DNA of 64,000 bases from Methanobacteriota archaeon (GCA_963720465.1 OY970393.1:1312001-1376000); one strand, 5' to 3'. Shown: positions 20,599 to 31,123, numbered from the stretch's first letter. The notes: generated by a model not told the origin, from the sequence alone. Made by a program: numbers and translations.

Positions 20599-21363
20599 AT
20601 GGGGATCATAACCCTCATTTCTGACTTTGGGACGTTCTATCCCGCCGTAATGAAAGCCGTCATCCTCGGCATAGCCCCGCACGCCACTATCGTCGACGTA
20701 ACTCACGACATTTCGCCCCAGAACGTGCGCGAGGCGGCGTTCATCCTCCGAGAGACGGTCAAGTACTTCCCTCGAGGCACAACGCACATCGCCGTCGTCG
20801 ATCCGACGGTGGGAACGAACAGACGCGCCTTAGTCATCGAAGCTGGAGGGCGCTACCTCGTTGGCCCCGATAACGGGCTTCTGATTCCTGCGGCGCGCTC
20901 TCTAGGCGATTTTGAAGCGATGTGCATCCAAGTGGCGGCCAAGTCAAGCACGTTTCACGGGAGGGACGTCTTCGCCCCGGTGGGAGCACATATCTCTATT
21001 GGGCGGCTGCGAAACCTTGAGCCCGCGCCCGCGCAAGTGGACCTTGAACTGCAAGACCCGCAGGTGTCTGAGCACACCGTTAGCGGCACCGTCGTCTACG
21101 TCGACCGGTTTGGGAACTGCGTGACGAATATCAGCGGGATCCTTATGATACGACGATCAGGCTATGGCAGCACGCACCTTCTCAACGATTCCGTCGCGGT
21201 ACAGTTTGTGAGAACGTACGACGAAGTAGCTCACGGACACCCCTTGTTGACCGTTGGAAGCTTCGATTTGGTGGAGGTGTCCATCAACCAAGGCGATGCT
21301 GCCACAGAGCTTGATCTTAATTCAGGTGACACGCTTAAGCTCGATCGAGTGAGACGAACGTGA
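20599..21363 (+). CDS. SAM hydroxide adenosyltransferase (DUF62, chlorinase/fluorinase family)
   Basis: ITLISDFG, VVDPTVGT, GPDNG, TFHGRDVFAP, YVDRFGN. Confidence 0.92.
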   Translation: MGIITLISDFGTFYPAVMKAVILGIAPHATIVDVTHDISPQNVREAAFILRETVKYFPRGTTHIAVVDPTVGTNRRALVIEAGGRYLVGPDNGLLIPAARSLGDFEAMCIQVAAKSSTFHGRDVFAPVGAHISIGRLRNLEPAPAQVDLELQDPQVSEHTVSGTVVYVDRFGNCVTNISGILMIRRSGYGSTHLLNDSVAVQFVRTYDEVAHGHPLLTVGSFDLVEVSINQGDAATELDLNSGDTLKLDRVRRT

Positions 21364-21398
21364 TCCTTGCAAGAAGCAAGGCGCTCTTTCCACGACCG

Positions 21399-21893
21399 TC
21401 ATAACGAGTCCTCTACGCTTCGCGAGCTTTCAAGCAGAAGCAGTTTTCGTTTGATGTCAACGCCCCAAGAAAAGCCCCCAGGGCCGGATGCGGCTACGAC
21501 TCGATGGCAAGGCACAAATAGCGGAACCGGGTTGTGGTGCAGTGCATTGCCTACCGCTCGCGCGGCTTTCGGCTTCCCTAATCGCGCTGCCAATCCTGAG
21601 TAAGTTGCCGTACTCCCCCTTGGTATCCCTCGCACCGATTGCAGTACGGCCCGTTCGAATGCCGAGCGGTTTCCAAGGTTGACCTGGAAGGTGCCAAGGT
21701 CAACGTTCTCTCCTCTCAGGTAGCTTTCAAGTGCCCTTGCAGCTGCTACTGTAGTGCGTGCGTTAAATGAACCCGCTGCCTCGAGCGCAACTTGACAAAC
21801 GACGTCGTCGCTTAGGGCGACGGACACAAATCTACCCAGGTATTCAGAGTAGAAGCACGCGGTTTCAGTCACGGCTGTTAGAGGAGGTACCAA
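21399..21893 (-). CDS. ogt: Methylated-DNA-protein-cysteine methyltransferase
   Basis: IPRGSTATY, AARAVGNAL, NPVPLFVPCHRVV. Confidence 0.92.
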   Translation of the reverse strand: MVPPLTAVTETACFYSEYLGRFVSVALSDDVVCQVALEAAGSFNARTTVAAARALESYLRGENVDLGTFQVNLGNRSAFERAVLQSVRGIPRGSTATYSGLAARLGKPKAARAVGNALHHNPVPLFVPCHRVVAASGPGGFSWGVDIKRKLLLLESSRSVEDSL

Positions 21894-22579
21894 TCGTAAT
21901 CATACAAAGCCTTTACAAGCGTCCCCAATTGGACGTCTTCGCGAGGATCGACCGCGAGTGAGCGCAACGCATCCTTCAAATCAGCCAAGTATTGCGCGTT
22001 GCTTAAGCTCCCGTACTCAAACCTCCTACCCCGAACCCTACAACGTTCGAGCGTCTCCTCCCGAGGTAGAATGGTGACGCCAAGGTCGGTCATTTCACAA
22101 GCCTGTTGCATGGCTTTCCTAAAATCACCTGTACAATAAGCAACACGGTGGCGGTAGTTTCTGCGCGTCTTTTTTAGATATCGGCAGAGTCGCGCACTTT
22201 CGAGTTCGATAAACTTCTTCTTGACTGATATGACGTCGCAGTCGCCGAGTACGAAATCGTAGTCAGCAAATGGGTACTCGTTATCAAGCTCTCTCGGAGT
22301 GACGCCGCACGTGCCAAATGCGACGATGTGCACTTCTTCTGGCTCCAAAACGCTGAAAATGACTTTGTCGTAATTTTGATGACTTGGACTCGTGTGATAA
22401 GGCTTCACCTTGGCACACGGCACGAAAATCAATACGTCACGCACAGGCGCGACGTACTCACGCAGGACGTACTCATTTGCCCTCACCATGTCAGGATGGA
22501 CAAAGACCTTCTCTCCAACCAGCGACAAGTTTGAGCGTTCTGATTCAGGGATTATCATCATCAGCGCGGTGGCCAGCAC
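21878..22579 (-). CDS. DUF5591 / archaeosine synthase (ArcS)-related domain protein
   Basis: IFVPCAKVKPYHTSPSH, GVTPRELDNEYPFADYD. Confidence 0.75.
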   Translation of the reverse strand: MLATALMMIIPESERSNLSLVGEKVFVHPDMVRANEYVLREYVAPVRDVLIFVPCAKVKPYHTSPSHQNYDKVIFSVLEPEEVHIVAFGTCGVTPRELDNEYPFADYDFVLGDCDVISVKKKFIELESARLCRYLKKTRRNYRHRVAYCTGDFRKAMQQACEMTDLGVTILPREETLERCRVRGRRFEYGSLSNAQYLADLKDALRSLAVDPREDVQLGTLVKALYDYDWYLL

Positions 22580-22587
22580 TCAACAGC

Positions 22588-23169
22588 CTACAAAAGGCTC
22601 AGGCTTTTGAGTTCCTTAACAATTCGATCAACCGCATTAGCCGCGTCTTCGGGCTTTCGACCGCCAGTGACTACCAGTTTGCCGGAACCAAACAAAAGAA
22701 CCACGACTTTAGGATCTGATAAACGGTACACGAGGCCCGGAAACTGTTCAGGCTCGTACTCTATATTCTCTAGCCCAAGCCCTATAGCAATCGCGTTCAA
22801 ATTCAACACTGAGTGAAGATCTGCTGACGCAACGATGTTCTGGACTTTGATCTCTGGCGTTCCCTTCACTTCGATTCCAATATTGCGAAGACTTTGGAAT
22901 ACGTTTTCAAGGCCCTTATAAACGTCATCGATGCTTTTTGCGCCCGTACAGACAATTTTTCCCGATCGGAAAATTAACGCGGCGGTCTTCGGGTCCTTGG
23001 TCCGGTAGACGAGGCCCGGAAACTGTTCGGGGTCATAATCTGCGCCCTCTAACGCAAGCGTGATTTGCTTGAGGTTTATCTCTATTCCGATGCCGGTTGA
23101 GGCTACCACATTTTCGATCTTAATAGTGTCTCGCGGTTCGATATTACTAGTGTCTCGTGGTTCGACCAT
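22588..23169 (-). CDS. tbp: TATA-box binding protein
   Basis: Two TBP repeats: [34 protein letters not shown] and [31 protein letters not shown]. Confidence 0.98.
   Translation of the reverse strand: MVEPRDTSNIEPRDTIKIENVVASTGIGIEINLKQITLALEGADYDPEQFPGLVYRTKDPKTAALIFRSGKIVCTGAKSIDDVYKGLENVFQSLRNIGIEVKGTPEIKVQNIVASADLHSVLNLNAIAIGLGLENIEYEPEQFPGLVYRLSDPKVVVLLFGSGKLVVTGGRKPEDAANAVDRIVKELKSLSLL
23121..23165. repeat. 24-bp-period tandem duplication at the 5' end of tbp
   Basis: taatagtgtctcgcggttcga / tactagtgtctcgtggttcga, encoding EPRDT twice. Confidence 0.85.
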
Positions 23170-23505
23170 ACGCTTTCGCCCCCGTTCTTTGTTGCTTTAT
23201 AAAGGCTTTTTATATATAACGTTAAGGGGCTGTCGTTGATGTTCTGAAAGCAATCCGCCTGAAAATCTGGGGCGCTTCGCAATTACGCGAGCACAGCAAT
23301 TTTATCTACCCGGTGGCCATAGCATATATCCTCGCATGGCACCTACGCACCGTGCTCATCACAAATTTGTCGGACGGTGATTGACGGCGACTTAGACATT
23401 CGCAGCCCGCGAGTGGACCATGAACCAGCGATTGCGGCCCAATCAGAGTGGTGGGCCAGCGGCAAGTCGGCCTTTGGGAGCTTGCAGATATGACCTGAGC
23501 ACGAC

Positions 23506-24486
23506 ATGAAACTTGCATTTGAGCTATCTGGAGAGAGCAAAAGCATTCCACGAGCAGAGGTGCTCGCACTTTTCAACGGTGCCCTAGTACGAGAGCTTGA
23601 GCGCGTTCTCGTGATTGATGTCGATGCCTATGACCAGGCTCTCGGTGACCGCTTAGCGATGACGCACGCGATACTCGAGGTTAAGGACGTGTGTTCACAA
23701 GAGCTCGGATCCATCTACCGAGCAGCCGGAAGCATTGAGCTACCTCGGGTCAGCGTCGCGGTGCGGGCTAAGCGCATTGGACACGGCGTGAAAAGCACAG
23801 AGGTCGAGGCTACGATCGGAAAGGCGCTTGCTGAGCGCGGATACAAAATCGACCTTACCCATCCGCAGCTTCAAGTGAGAGCTCTGCTCAGCCAAGGCGT
23901 TTGCATAATCGGGGCAACATTAGCGTTGATCGATCGCTCTCGCTTCGAATCGAGGCGCCCGCGTGTGCGGCCCTATTTCTATCCCGGCGTGCTCCTGCCG
24001 CGGTTCGCCCGAGCCGCTGTAAACCTCACAGGTGTCAAAGCTGAAGGGCTATTGTTAGACCCTTTCTGCGGCACAGGAGGAATACTGCTGGAAGCTGGTC
24101 TCCTCGGGGCAACAATCATGGGGTCAGATGTCGACGGCAGGATGGTTTTTGGAACGAAGATGAACCTCGACTACTATGACGTTCTGAGTGATCTGCTGGT
24201 CCAAGATGCTCGACGATTGGGTCTAAGGGACGAATGTGTGGACGCTGTCGCAACCGATCTACCATATGGCCGTTCCGTAAGTGTCCGAGCCCATTCGCTT
24301 AATCAACTGAAGGCCGCGGCCTTAAGCGAAATTTTTCGCGTGCTAAAACGTAACGCGCGGGCCGTTTTGATATCCCATAGCCCGTTTGAGCACGAGGTCA
24401 CGGATGCTGGTTTCGCGATCGAAGGACGCCACACGCAATACGTGCATAAAAGTCTAACAAGAGAAATCGTCATAGCGCGTAAATGA
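23506..24486 (+). CDS. trm11: tRNA (guanine10-N2) methyltransferase, THUMP + MTase
   Basis: FELSGE, RPYFYPGVLLPRFARAAVN, LLDPFCGTGGILLEA, TDLPYG. Confidence 0.88.
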   Translation: MKLAFELSGESKSIPRAEVLALFNGALVRELERVLVIDVDAYDQALGDRLAMTHAILEVKDVCSQELGSIYRAAGSIELPRVSVAVRAKRIGHGVKSTEVEATIGKALAERGYKIDLTHPQLQVRALLSQGVCIIGATLALIDRSRFESRRPRVRPYFYPGVLLPRFARAAVNLTGVKAEGLLLDPFCGTGGILLEAGLLGATIMGSDVDGRMVFGTKMNLDYYDVLSDLLVQDARRLGLRDECVDAVATDLPYGRSVSVRAHSLNQLKAAALSEIFRVLKRNARAVLISHSPFEHEVTDAGFAIEGRHTQYVHKSLTREIVIARK

Positions 24487-24672
24487 TGGCTAAGCGCCTT
24501 GCCAGCGCAGAGCCCCAGTCCGGTTCGTTACTGGCGGCGGAGCGGCCACATCAAGCGTCTGGGGCTAAAAAAAATCCTGCAACAATTTTCGGCAGGAACA
24601 CGAGCTCATCTGCACGTTCCAAAGAACCACCGAGCGAACAGAGTGCAATCTCGAGCAAGCGTAGATTTGGAG

Positions 24673-24957
24673 CTACACGCGATGCATATAGCGGAAAATA
24701 TCTTCGTGCTGGGCGGTGATTCTCACACCTTGGGAGGCACCAACAGCGTCAAGTCCTCTTTTTAGGTCTTCGAAGTTCGCCGGGCCGATGTTGACGATCA
24801 TAATCATCGTAAACAGCTCGGACACGATAGTCTGGCTGATATCCTCGATGTTGGCATTGACGCTCGCGAGCAGATTGGTGACGGCCGCTACGATGCCGGG
24901 ATGATCAGAGCCGGTCACCGTTACGATGATCCGCGCGTTGCGCGATGGGGGTGCCAC
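24673..24957 (-). CDS. ACT domain protein (UPF0237)
   Basis: [34 protein letters not shown]. Confidence 0.88.
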   Translation of the reverse strand: MAPPSRNARIIVTVTGSDHPGIVAAVTNLLASVNANIEDISQTIVSELFTMIMIVNIGPANFEDLKRGLDAVGASQGVRITAQHEDIFRYMHRV

Positions 24958-24969
24958 GCTTCGACCTCC

Positions 24970-26964
24970 TTATCTAATTCTGGTGCCCGAAGGCATCCTT
25001 CTTGCCGGTCGAATGAGCACGGACTGACCGTCGTTCTCAGCGACGAGCAGCATGCCGCGAGATTCAATGCCCATCAACTTCACTGGCTGCAGATTGACAA
25101 GCACGACGACATCAGTGCCAATCAAGTCCTCAGGCGCGTAGTCTTTAGCGATTCCCGCCACAATCTGCCGGGTCTCTTCGCCCACTTGTGCTGTAATTTT
25201 CAAGAGCTTATCGGATTCTTGGACTGGTTCGGCTTCGACTATGCGGGCGATCCTCAGATCCATTTTCTTGAAGTCGTCAAGCTTGATGACCGCCTCCCCC
25301 GTACTCGGCTCCTTGGCGGGAGCTTTATGATCCGCCCTGGCGATTCTTTCGTTTAGTATAGCCTCCATTGCACCGATCTTCTTCTCATCGATCTTGGCGA
25401 ATGGCAGCGCCGGCTTGGGAAGACGCAACGGTTCAACTTCCACCGTGGCGTCGTAAAAATACGTCGTAGTCAGGCCAAGCTGCGCTTGAACGCTACGCAT
25501 CGTCGATGGCATGACCGGCTCCAACAACACGGACAAGGCTTTCACAAGCTGTATGCAGTTCTTGAGTTCGCGTGCGCACGCCGTCCTGTCGGATTTCACT
25601 AGATTCCAGAGCTCTTTTGACTGGAAATACGCGTTGCCGAAGTCTGAGAGCGACATCGCCGCGTCGACGACCTTCTTAAACTCATACTCCTTCAGTGCAC
25701 TCACCATCTTCTCGCGCGTGTCGGCTACGCGCTCCATTATCTCAGCGTCGACGGGACCTTCAGGTACGCGCCCGAAGTTTTTGTACGCGAAGTGTAGGGT
25801 GCGATAGATGAAGTTACCTAGCGACCCAACGAGTTCACGGTTGACCTTCTCACCAAAGACTTGCCACGAGAAATTCAGCTCCTTCGTGTGTGATGTATAG
25901 CTGGCGAGGTAAAAGCGAAGTAAATCGGGATGAAACCCGTGGTCAAGGTAATCTTCATCTACCCAAACCACAAACCCGCGACTTTTTGAGAACGTCTTGC
26001 CGTCGACCTTGACCATTCCCGACGCGACGATAGCCGCCGGCAAGGTGTAGCTCGCTCCTTTTAGCAGCGCCGGCCAGAAGATGGCGTGCTGGTAGATGAT
26101 GTCGGTGCCGATGAAGTGAATTATGTTCGAATCGCTCTTCCAGTAGTCTTCCCAGGCGCTTGTCGCTTCCTCGGTAAATGAGATATACCCTATCGGCGCG
26201 TCAACCCACACGTAGACCACCAGATCCGTTCCGGGAAATGTAACGCCCCACCCCAGGTTTCGCGTAATACACCAGTCTTTCAGTTCGTTGCTGACCCATT
26301 CGCGCGCATAGTTGCGGGCGTTGGCCGTCCCTCCGAGCGATTCGAGGTACGCTAACAAGAAGTCCTTGAACGCGGAGAGCCTGAAGAAGTAGTGCTGCTC
26401 TTCCCGATACTCCGCACTGGCCCCACACGTTTTACACGTCGGATCGACAATTTCCCCCGGTTCGAGATGGCGCCCACACCCTTGATCACACTCGTCCCCG
26501 CGCGCCGGCATGCCGCAAAAAAAGCACGCTCCCTCGACGTAACGATCCGGTAGAAAACGATCGCATTCGGGACAGTAAGCCAATCGTATGACCAGCGGGT
26601 ATATGCAGCCGTTTGCTTGGAGCGATTTGACGATTTCCTGCGTTCTGAAGTGATTTGTGGGAGCATCGGTATTCCCATAATGGCTAAAGTCAACTGACAG
26701 AGCCTTAAACGTGTCCTCCCAGTAGCGGTGATAATACGCGGCAAGCTTGGCTGGCGTCGTTCCTTGCTGTTCAGCGTTAATCACGATGGGAGTTCCGTGT
26801 GTGTCCGAACCGCACACAAAGAGCGGGTCCTGTTGGAGCTTCTTAAGGCACCGAACATAAATGTCCGCCGGGATGTACGTCCTGAGGTGACCGATATGGC
26901 ACGGCCCGTTCGCGTAAGGCAGGCCGCATGTGATTAGAAGCGGTTTGTTCGAAAGCGATGTCAT
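24970..26964 (-). CDS. metG: Methionyl-tRNA synthetase
   Basis: LPYANGPCHIGH, Zn knuckles, YVWVDAPIGY, FSKSRG, C-terminal tRNA-binding OB domain. Confidence 0.97.
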   Translation of the reverse strand: MTSLSNKPLLITCGLPYANGPCHIGHLRTYIPADIYVRCLKKLQQDPLFVCGSDTHGTPIVINAEQQGTTPAKLAAYYHRYWEDTFKALSVDFSHYGNTDAPTNHFRTQEIVKSLQANGCIYPLVIRLAYCPECDRFLPDRYVEGACFFCGMPARGDECDQGCGRHLEPGEIVDPTCKTCGASAEYREEQHYFFRLSAFKDFLLAYLESLGGTANARNYAREWVSNELKDWCITRNLGWGVTFPGTDLVVYVWVDAPIGYISFTEEATSAWEDYWKSDSNIIHFIGTDIIYQHAIFWPALLKGASYTLPAAIVASGMVKVDGKTFSKSRGFVVWVDEDYLDHGFHPDLLRFYLASYTSHTKELNFSWQVFGEKVNRELVGSLGNFIYRTLHFAYKNFGRVPEGPVDAEIMERVADTREKMVSALKEYEFKKVVDAAMSLSDFGNAYFQSKELWNLVKSDRTACARELKNCIQLVKALSVLLEPVMPSTMRSVQAQLGLTTTYFYDATVEVEPLRLPKPALPFAKIDEKKIGAMEAILNERIARADHKAPAKEPSTGEAVIKLDDFKKMDLRIARIVEAEPVQESDKLLKITAQVGEETRQIVAGIAKDYAPEDLIGTDVVVLVNLQPVKLMGIESRGMLLVAENDGQSVLIRPARRMPSGTRIR

Positions 26965-27096
26965 TTTGAAGTCCTCGTAGCGCGAGATCGCATTTCGGCA
27001 TCCATAGCTTACGCCGGACTCACCTTAAAACGCCTCCGGAGTGTACCACGTCGGAGCTGCGTTTCGTGACGCCAAGCCGATTCTGCGAAACGGGCT

Positions 27097-27112
27097 TCAC
27101 AATGCATTGTGA
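27097..27112. promoter_or_regulatory. Perfect 16-bp palindrome (candidate operator) upstream of metG
   Basis: TCACAATGCATTGTGA, just downstream of a minus-strand TTAAAATA (27124-27131). Confidence 0.5.
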
Positions 27113-27330
27113 TAGTGGCTACCTATTTTAACTCTTCGAGAGCTGCACTCTTTTCTGTCAGTCTCAGAACCTCACAGTTTGGACGTGGGGCTCCCCGCGA
27201 CCAAGCACACGTGTATCGTTCGAACCGAGGCACCTCAAGGCAAGTCACGGTTAAAAAGGCTTAAATCTTGACAACCCGTGATCATTGTGCAAAGGATTCG
27301 TGTGAATTGACGACGGAAAGGAGGCCTTTT

Positions 27331-27807
27331 ATGAGTGAAGAAGAGTCTTGTCAAACGTGTGGCGCCCCGCTACCACTTAATGCGCAGTTCTGTGTTCAAT
27401 GTGGAACCCGTGTAAATAAGAACGCCCCAGCAGCTGGTGCAAGTGCGGGGTCACCGATGCCAGCCTCACCCATTACCATAGACGGGGTTCTGGTCGTAAG
27501 TTCAAATTGGATCCCAGGATACACGATCATAGAAACACGAGGATTCATCTACGGCCTTACGGTGCGGAGCAGGGGACTTGGAAGAAATATTACAGCAGGA
27601 TTGCGGTCTCTCGCAGGAGGAGAGATTCGCGAGTACGTCGAGATGATGCAGCACGCTAGAGATGAGGCACTATACCGCCTGGTGGAGCACGCGAAAGCAG
27701 TCGGTGCCAATGCCATAATAAGCGCCTATTTTGATTCGTCGGAAATTTCTGACTATATGCAGGAGATCTTGGCATACGGAACGGCTGTGGTGATTGGGAA
27801 TAAATAA
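27331..27807 (+). CDS. Zinc-ribbon + YbjQ/UPF0145 (heavy-metal-binding) protein
   Basis: CQTCG..FCVQCG, then VRSR..GLRSLAGGEIREY, AKAVGANAI, LAYGTAV. RBS GGAGG before ATG 27331. Confidence 0.88.
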   Translation: MSEEESCQTCGAPLPLNAQFCVQCGTRVNKNAPAAGASAGSPMPASPITIDGVLVVSSNWIPGYTIIETRGFIYGLTVRSRGLGRNITAGLRSLAGGEIREYVEMMQHARDEALYRLVEHAKAVGANAIISAYFDSSEISDYMQEILAYGTAVVIGNK

Positions 27808-27936
27808 TCGGTCAAAGTCGCCGCGTCGAGGACTTAGAATACAGCATGCCGCGCGCTGATGCCCTTAGGGTCTTGGCAAAGGCTGCGATTTGACTGTAAT
27901 CGCTGGATGAGATCGGGCCAAATTCTGCTCAAATAA

Positions 27937-28300
27937 TCAATCACAAAGCCCGTTGCAACTGCCTCGCTGACTGCCACAATCATGTTTAGTATCAAGATCT
28001 GGATCAGGTGGTGAGTAGTGCGATGCCCTATAACTCAGTTCCTTGTCTGCCTGAAACCAGCTGAAGATGCGAAAAACGACGTTGGCGAACAGCTCAAGTC
28101 GGCCTTTTTTCATTCTGAGGACGTAGAACACGAGCGCGATCTCGCTCAAGTTCTCGATCGTGTTCGCTCCGACTAAGCCCCCCCCTCCGTGACCGACGGC
28201 TAAGCTCAAAAGATAGATGAGGGTAACAAGCAATCCGATGCGCAGTCCGGCCAAGATGCCTATGAGCGGTGTGAGGTTCGTGTAAACGCCGGCGGAAGAT
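27937..28300 (-). pseudogene. Fragment of a CbiM/NikM-like ECF S-component
   Basis: NLTPLIGILAG..SLAVGHGGGGLVGANTI resembles the HGG..LGAN motif; both ends appear lost. Confidence 0.4.
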
Positions 28301-28427
28301 GAATGTGCTCCATTTTAGAGCTCGGCATATCTAACGAATTGCCGTTTGGTTATTACATGAGGCTTTCTGCCTTCGAAGATGCGCTGGGGCTCGGAGCACG
28401 TTATGAAGAAGAGTCGGTGATCATGGC

Positions 28428-30458
28428 TCAGTCAGTCTTTGTCAGATGGCAGGCTGTCGTGCTTTCTAAACCCATCGGTTCTACTTTCAAGGTCCTGAAT
28501 CGATGATAGGGCCACTCGTAGATGATGACCGGATTAGCGAGTACCTTTGCGTCTCTCCCAAAAAGCGATATCCGTGTGTAGGTACAGGTCTCATCCAAAG
28601 GATTATCGCCTACCGCCTCGTCAAAAAGGCGTTCCACGCGCCCTCGACATTGGGAAAGATTCCTCTTGTACCACTCCTTTGCAAGATGGAGCTGGTCAGC
28701 GGTTTTTTCGGATGTTGTGCCCCTCATTACAGTGTCCGCTGAGTGGAGGGCCAGTGTGTATTCAGCGCCGTATAATCCCGTAAGATTCCTGAGCGAACGC
28801 TTTGTAGCCGCCTCATCGTTTCCGGAAGATGGTGCGTTTGGCGTTTTATTTCCTGCAAAGACGGCGATAATAGCCACCGAAAAATCTTGTAGGCGGTTCA
28901 GATCTGTCAACAGTGAGCTTGCATCAAAAGTCGCTCTTGTTCGAACAGAATCTGTGAGTCTCCCGGCATTGGTCGATGTACACGGCAAACGATCGAGGAT
29001 TATCAGCATCGACCTATCCTCATTCGCGTTAACTTGATTTTGGGCCGTGTGTAGGGCACTTCTCACGCCTGCGATTGTCGTTCCGGCTTTTGCTTCGACA
29101 ACCGTCAGATAACGGGCTACCCCTCTGCTTAATCGTTCTCCTGCTTCAATTACCCGCTCCAATGTCGTTTCGTCTGCCTCAGAATCAAAGGCATTCTCGC
29201 GATACCGTGAAAGCTCTGTTCCTTCAATCCCGCTGTGCCGTGCAAGTGCGCGCTCTGCAAAGTGTTCTTTGCTTATGCCATAGCTTACGTATAGCGTAGG
29301 AAACCGACCTTGCGCAGCAAAGTCAGCACACCACGCGATGAAGTCCGTTGCCTCGGTATCGCACGATGCAGTCACCGCGTATAACTTGCCGGGCTTCCAG
29401 CCCCCACCAAAAGCGCTGTTTAGCCACTCTGAGGGGGTAGGTATGACATCAGCTCTCTTTGCAAAAAGATTCGTAACGAAGAGATCGAGATCTTCCTCAA
29501 AGGTACGCGTTTTATCGCTCGCTTCAAACAACAACGTGTTCGATTGAGCCCTAAGGGTTCTCAAGACGATTTCAAGCGGAAGAGTGCTCGAAGCGAGAGC
29601 CGTTTCGGCCATTTGAACGAGTTCTTGCCCTCTGAGCCGCGCCCCACGTGCGTTTGTGACCTTCAGGTACTTTATAAATGTGTCACGCTGGCACGATGCA
29701 CGGTTCCGTAGCCGCTGCACATATCGCGCTATCTCATTCATGTACGGGCGCATCTCAGGGTTTCGAGAGAGGAGGTTCAAGATCGCGCTGCATCGTATCT
29801 GTCGGTCGTGATAGGCGAGATAGTGACACGCGTGCCACAGTACGCGATTAAAAGGCAAACGAATTCCCCCAGTGGATGCGTACTCATCCGCGAATCCCTC
29901 CGAGCGGAGCCCTAGCCTCAGCCCTTGGGTGATACTGTTCGGATCGTTAAGCAGATACGTCATGATCTCTTCTTCCATTGAAGCTTCGTCCTCGCCACGT
30001 TCGTAGTTCGGTTCTCTGATTGGTCTCACTTGATAGTACTCGCAGGTCCAGCCCGTGCACGCCGGCCGCTCCCGCAGTCTCTTGCTCGACCAGATATCCT
30101 CGCAGTTCCAGCAGTACGCCCGGGGATTCTCTCGAGCCCGTGAAAGGCTTTCCACAAACTTCTGGGCGTCGCTTACCTGCCTTGTGCTCCCGAAGAAGAC
30201 CGAATTCCGCATCATCGTCTGCGCCATTTTTCTCCCTTGCACGTTGCTGAGCCCTTTTGTCACAATATATCGCACGAGAATGAAGTGCGCCGTGTCGCAC
30301 TCTATACCAGAAGGCACGCCGTGACGCAACAGCTCGACGATACACGGCGGATGTCGAATTCTTTTGCGAAAGGACTTCGGAAACTGGAGTTCCACATTTT
30401 GACTAGACACGATCGCAGCCTCACTTGCTAAACCGGGCATCGAACACGTATAGCTCAA
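28428..30458 (-). CDS. PriL-CTD-like Fe-S domain fused to DnaB N-domain and a degenerate DnaB-like helicase domain
   Basis: HPPCIVELL..YCWNC..PACTGWTC; EEEIMTYLLNDP..NRVLWHAC; IPTPSEWLNSAFGGGWKPGKLYAVTASCDTEAT; LIILDRL. Confidence 0.7.
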   Translation of the reverse strand: MSYTCSMPGLASEAAIVSSQNVELQFPKSFRKRIRHPPCIVELLRHGVPSGIECDTAHFILVRYIVTKGLSNVQGRKMAQTMMRNSVFFGSTRQVSDAQKFVESLSRARENPRAYCWNCEDIWSSKRLRERPACTGWTCEYYQVRPIREPNYERGEDEASMEEEIMTYLLNDPNSITQGLRLGLRSEGFADEYASTGGIRLPFNRVLWHACHYLAYHDRQIRCSAILNLLSRNPEMRPYMNEIARYVQRLRNRASCQRDTFIKYLKVTNARGARLRGQELVQMAETALASSTLPLEIVLRTLRAQSNTLLFEASDKTRTFEEDLDLFVTNLFAKRADVIPTPSEWLNSAFGGGWKPGKLYAVTASCDTEATDFIAWCADFAAQGRFPTLYVSYGISKEHFAERALARHSGIEGTELSRYRENAFDSEADETTLERVIEAGERLSRGVARYLTVVEAKAGTTIAGVRSALHTAQNQVNANEDRSMLIILDRLPCTSTNAGRLTDSVRTRATFDASSLLTDLNRLQDFSVAIIAVFAGNKTPNAPSSGNDEAATKRSLRNLTGLYGAEYTLALHSADTVMRGTTSEKTADQLHLAKEWYKRNLSQCRGRVERLFDEAVGDNPLDETCTYTRISLFGRDAKVLANPVIIYEWPYHRFRTLKVEPMGLESTTACHLTKTD

Positions 30459-30878
30459 CTTCAGTCAAGGGCGAATCGCCGTGGCGATGGATACGCCACT
30501 GGTTCTTGATTATTGCGAAGTAGCCCGTATAAGTTACCTGTGCGTTAGGCGAAAGTGTATCGCTAGTGCCCGGCACGATCACAGAAGAGAGCGCGTACGG
30601 CCGGCGGAAACTTCCTTGCGTCACACGCTTCCGGCATATATTATCCGATTCTCTACGCTCCGAGATCCAAGGCGTGTTAGGCGCCCTAACCGACCTGACA
30701 GCTTATGATGCCCTGATACCGACACCGATTGACAAGGCGCGCGTGACGTCTCATCACCTCGCCGATGCCCAATTTCGCACGCACTCGAAGTGTTCGCCGC
30801 GGCGATCAAAGGCATTCTAGCGTCTACCAGCGAAGTACGACTTGATGAATTCACGCAAATCCCTATTGATCATATTTC

Positions 30879-30912
30879 GTTGATTACAATGATGATACTA
30901 TGTTGATTACAA
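30879..30912. repeat. 11-bp direct repeat GTTGATTACAA x2 in an AT-rich spacer
   Basis: Copies at 30879-30889 and 30902-30912. Confidence 0.7.
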
Positions 30913-31123
30913 AAATCACACAATAACTACTGACTTCTTGAGCGACGCGGCCGTCTCTTTGCTTTGCGCTACTCAGGGGGGATATCGGCCCTCAGTTGCC
31001 TGTTTTTTTGAACCGCCTCTATCATGCTTCCCTAAGCGAACAGCATATCGCGGACGAACTCACTCAAACGGCGAGCGATGAAACTGTTTAAATACGCCGA
31101 AACACCTAACACTACGTGGTCTA

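Noticed and set aside
23325-23345. GGTGGCCATAGC resembling the 5' end of 5S rRNA
   Set aside because: The following sequence lacks 5S conserved motifs (e.g. CCGAAC) and a closing helix.
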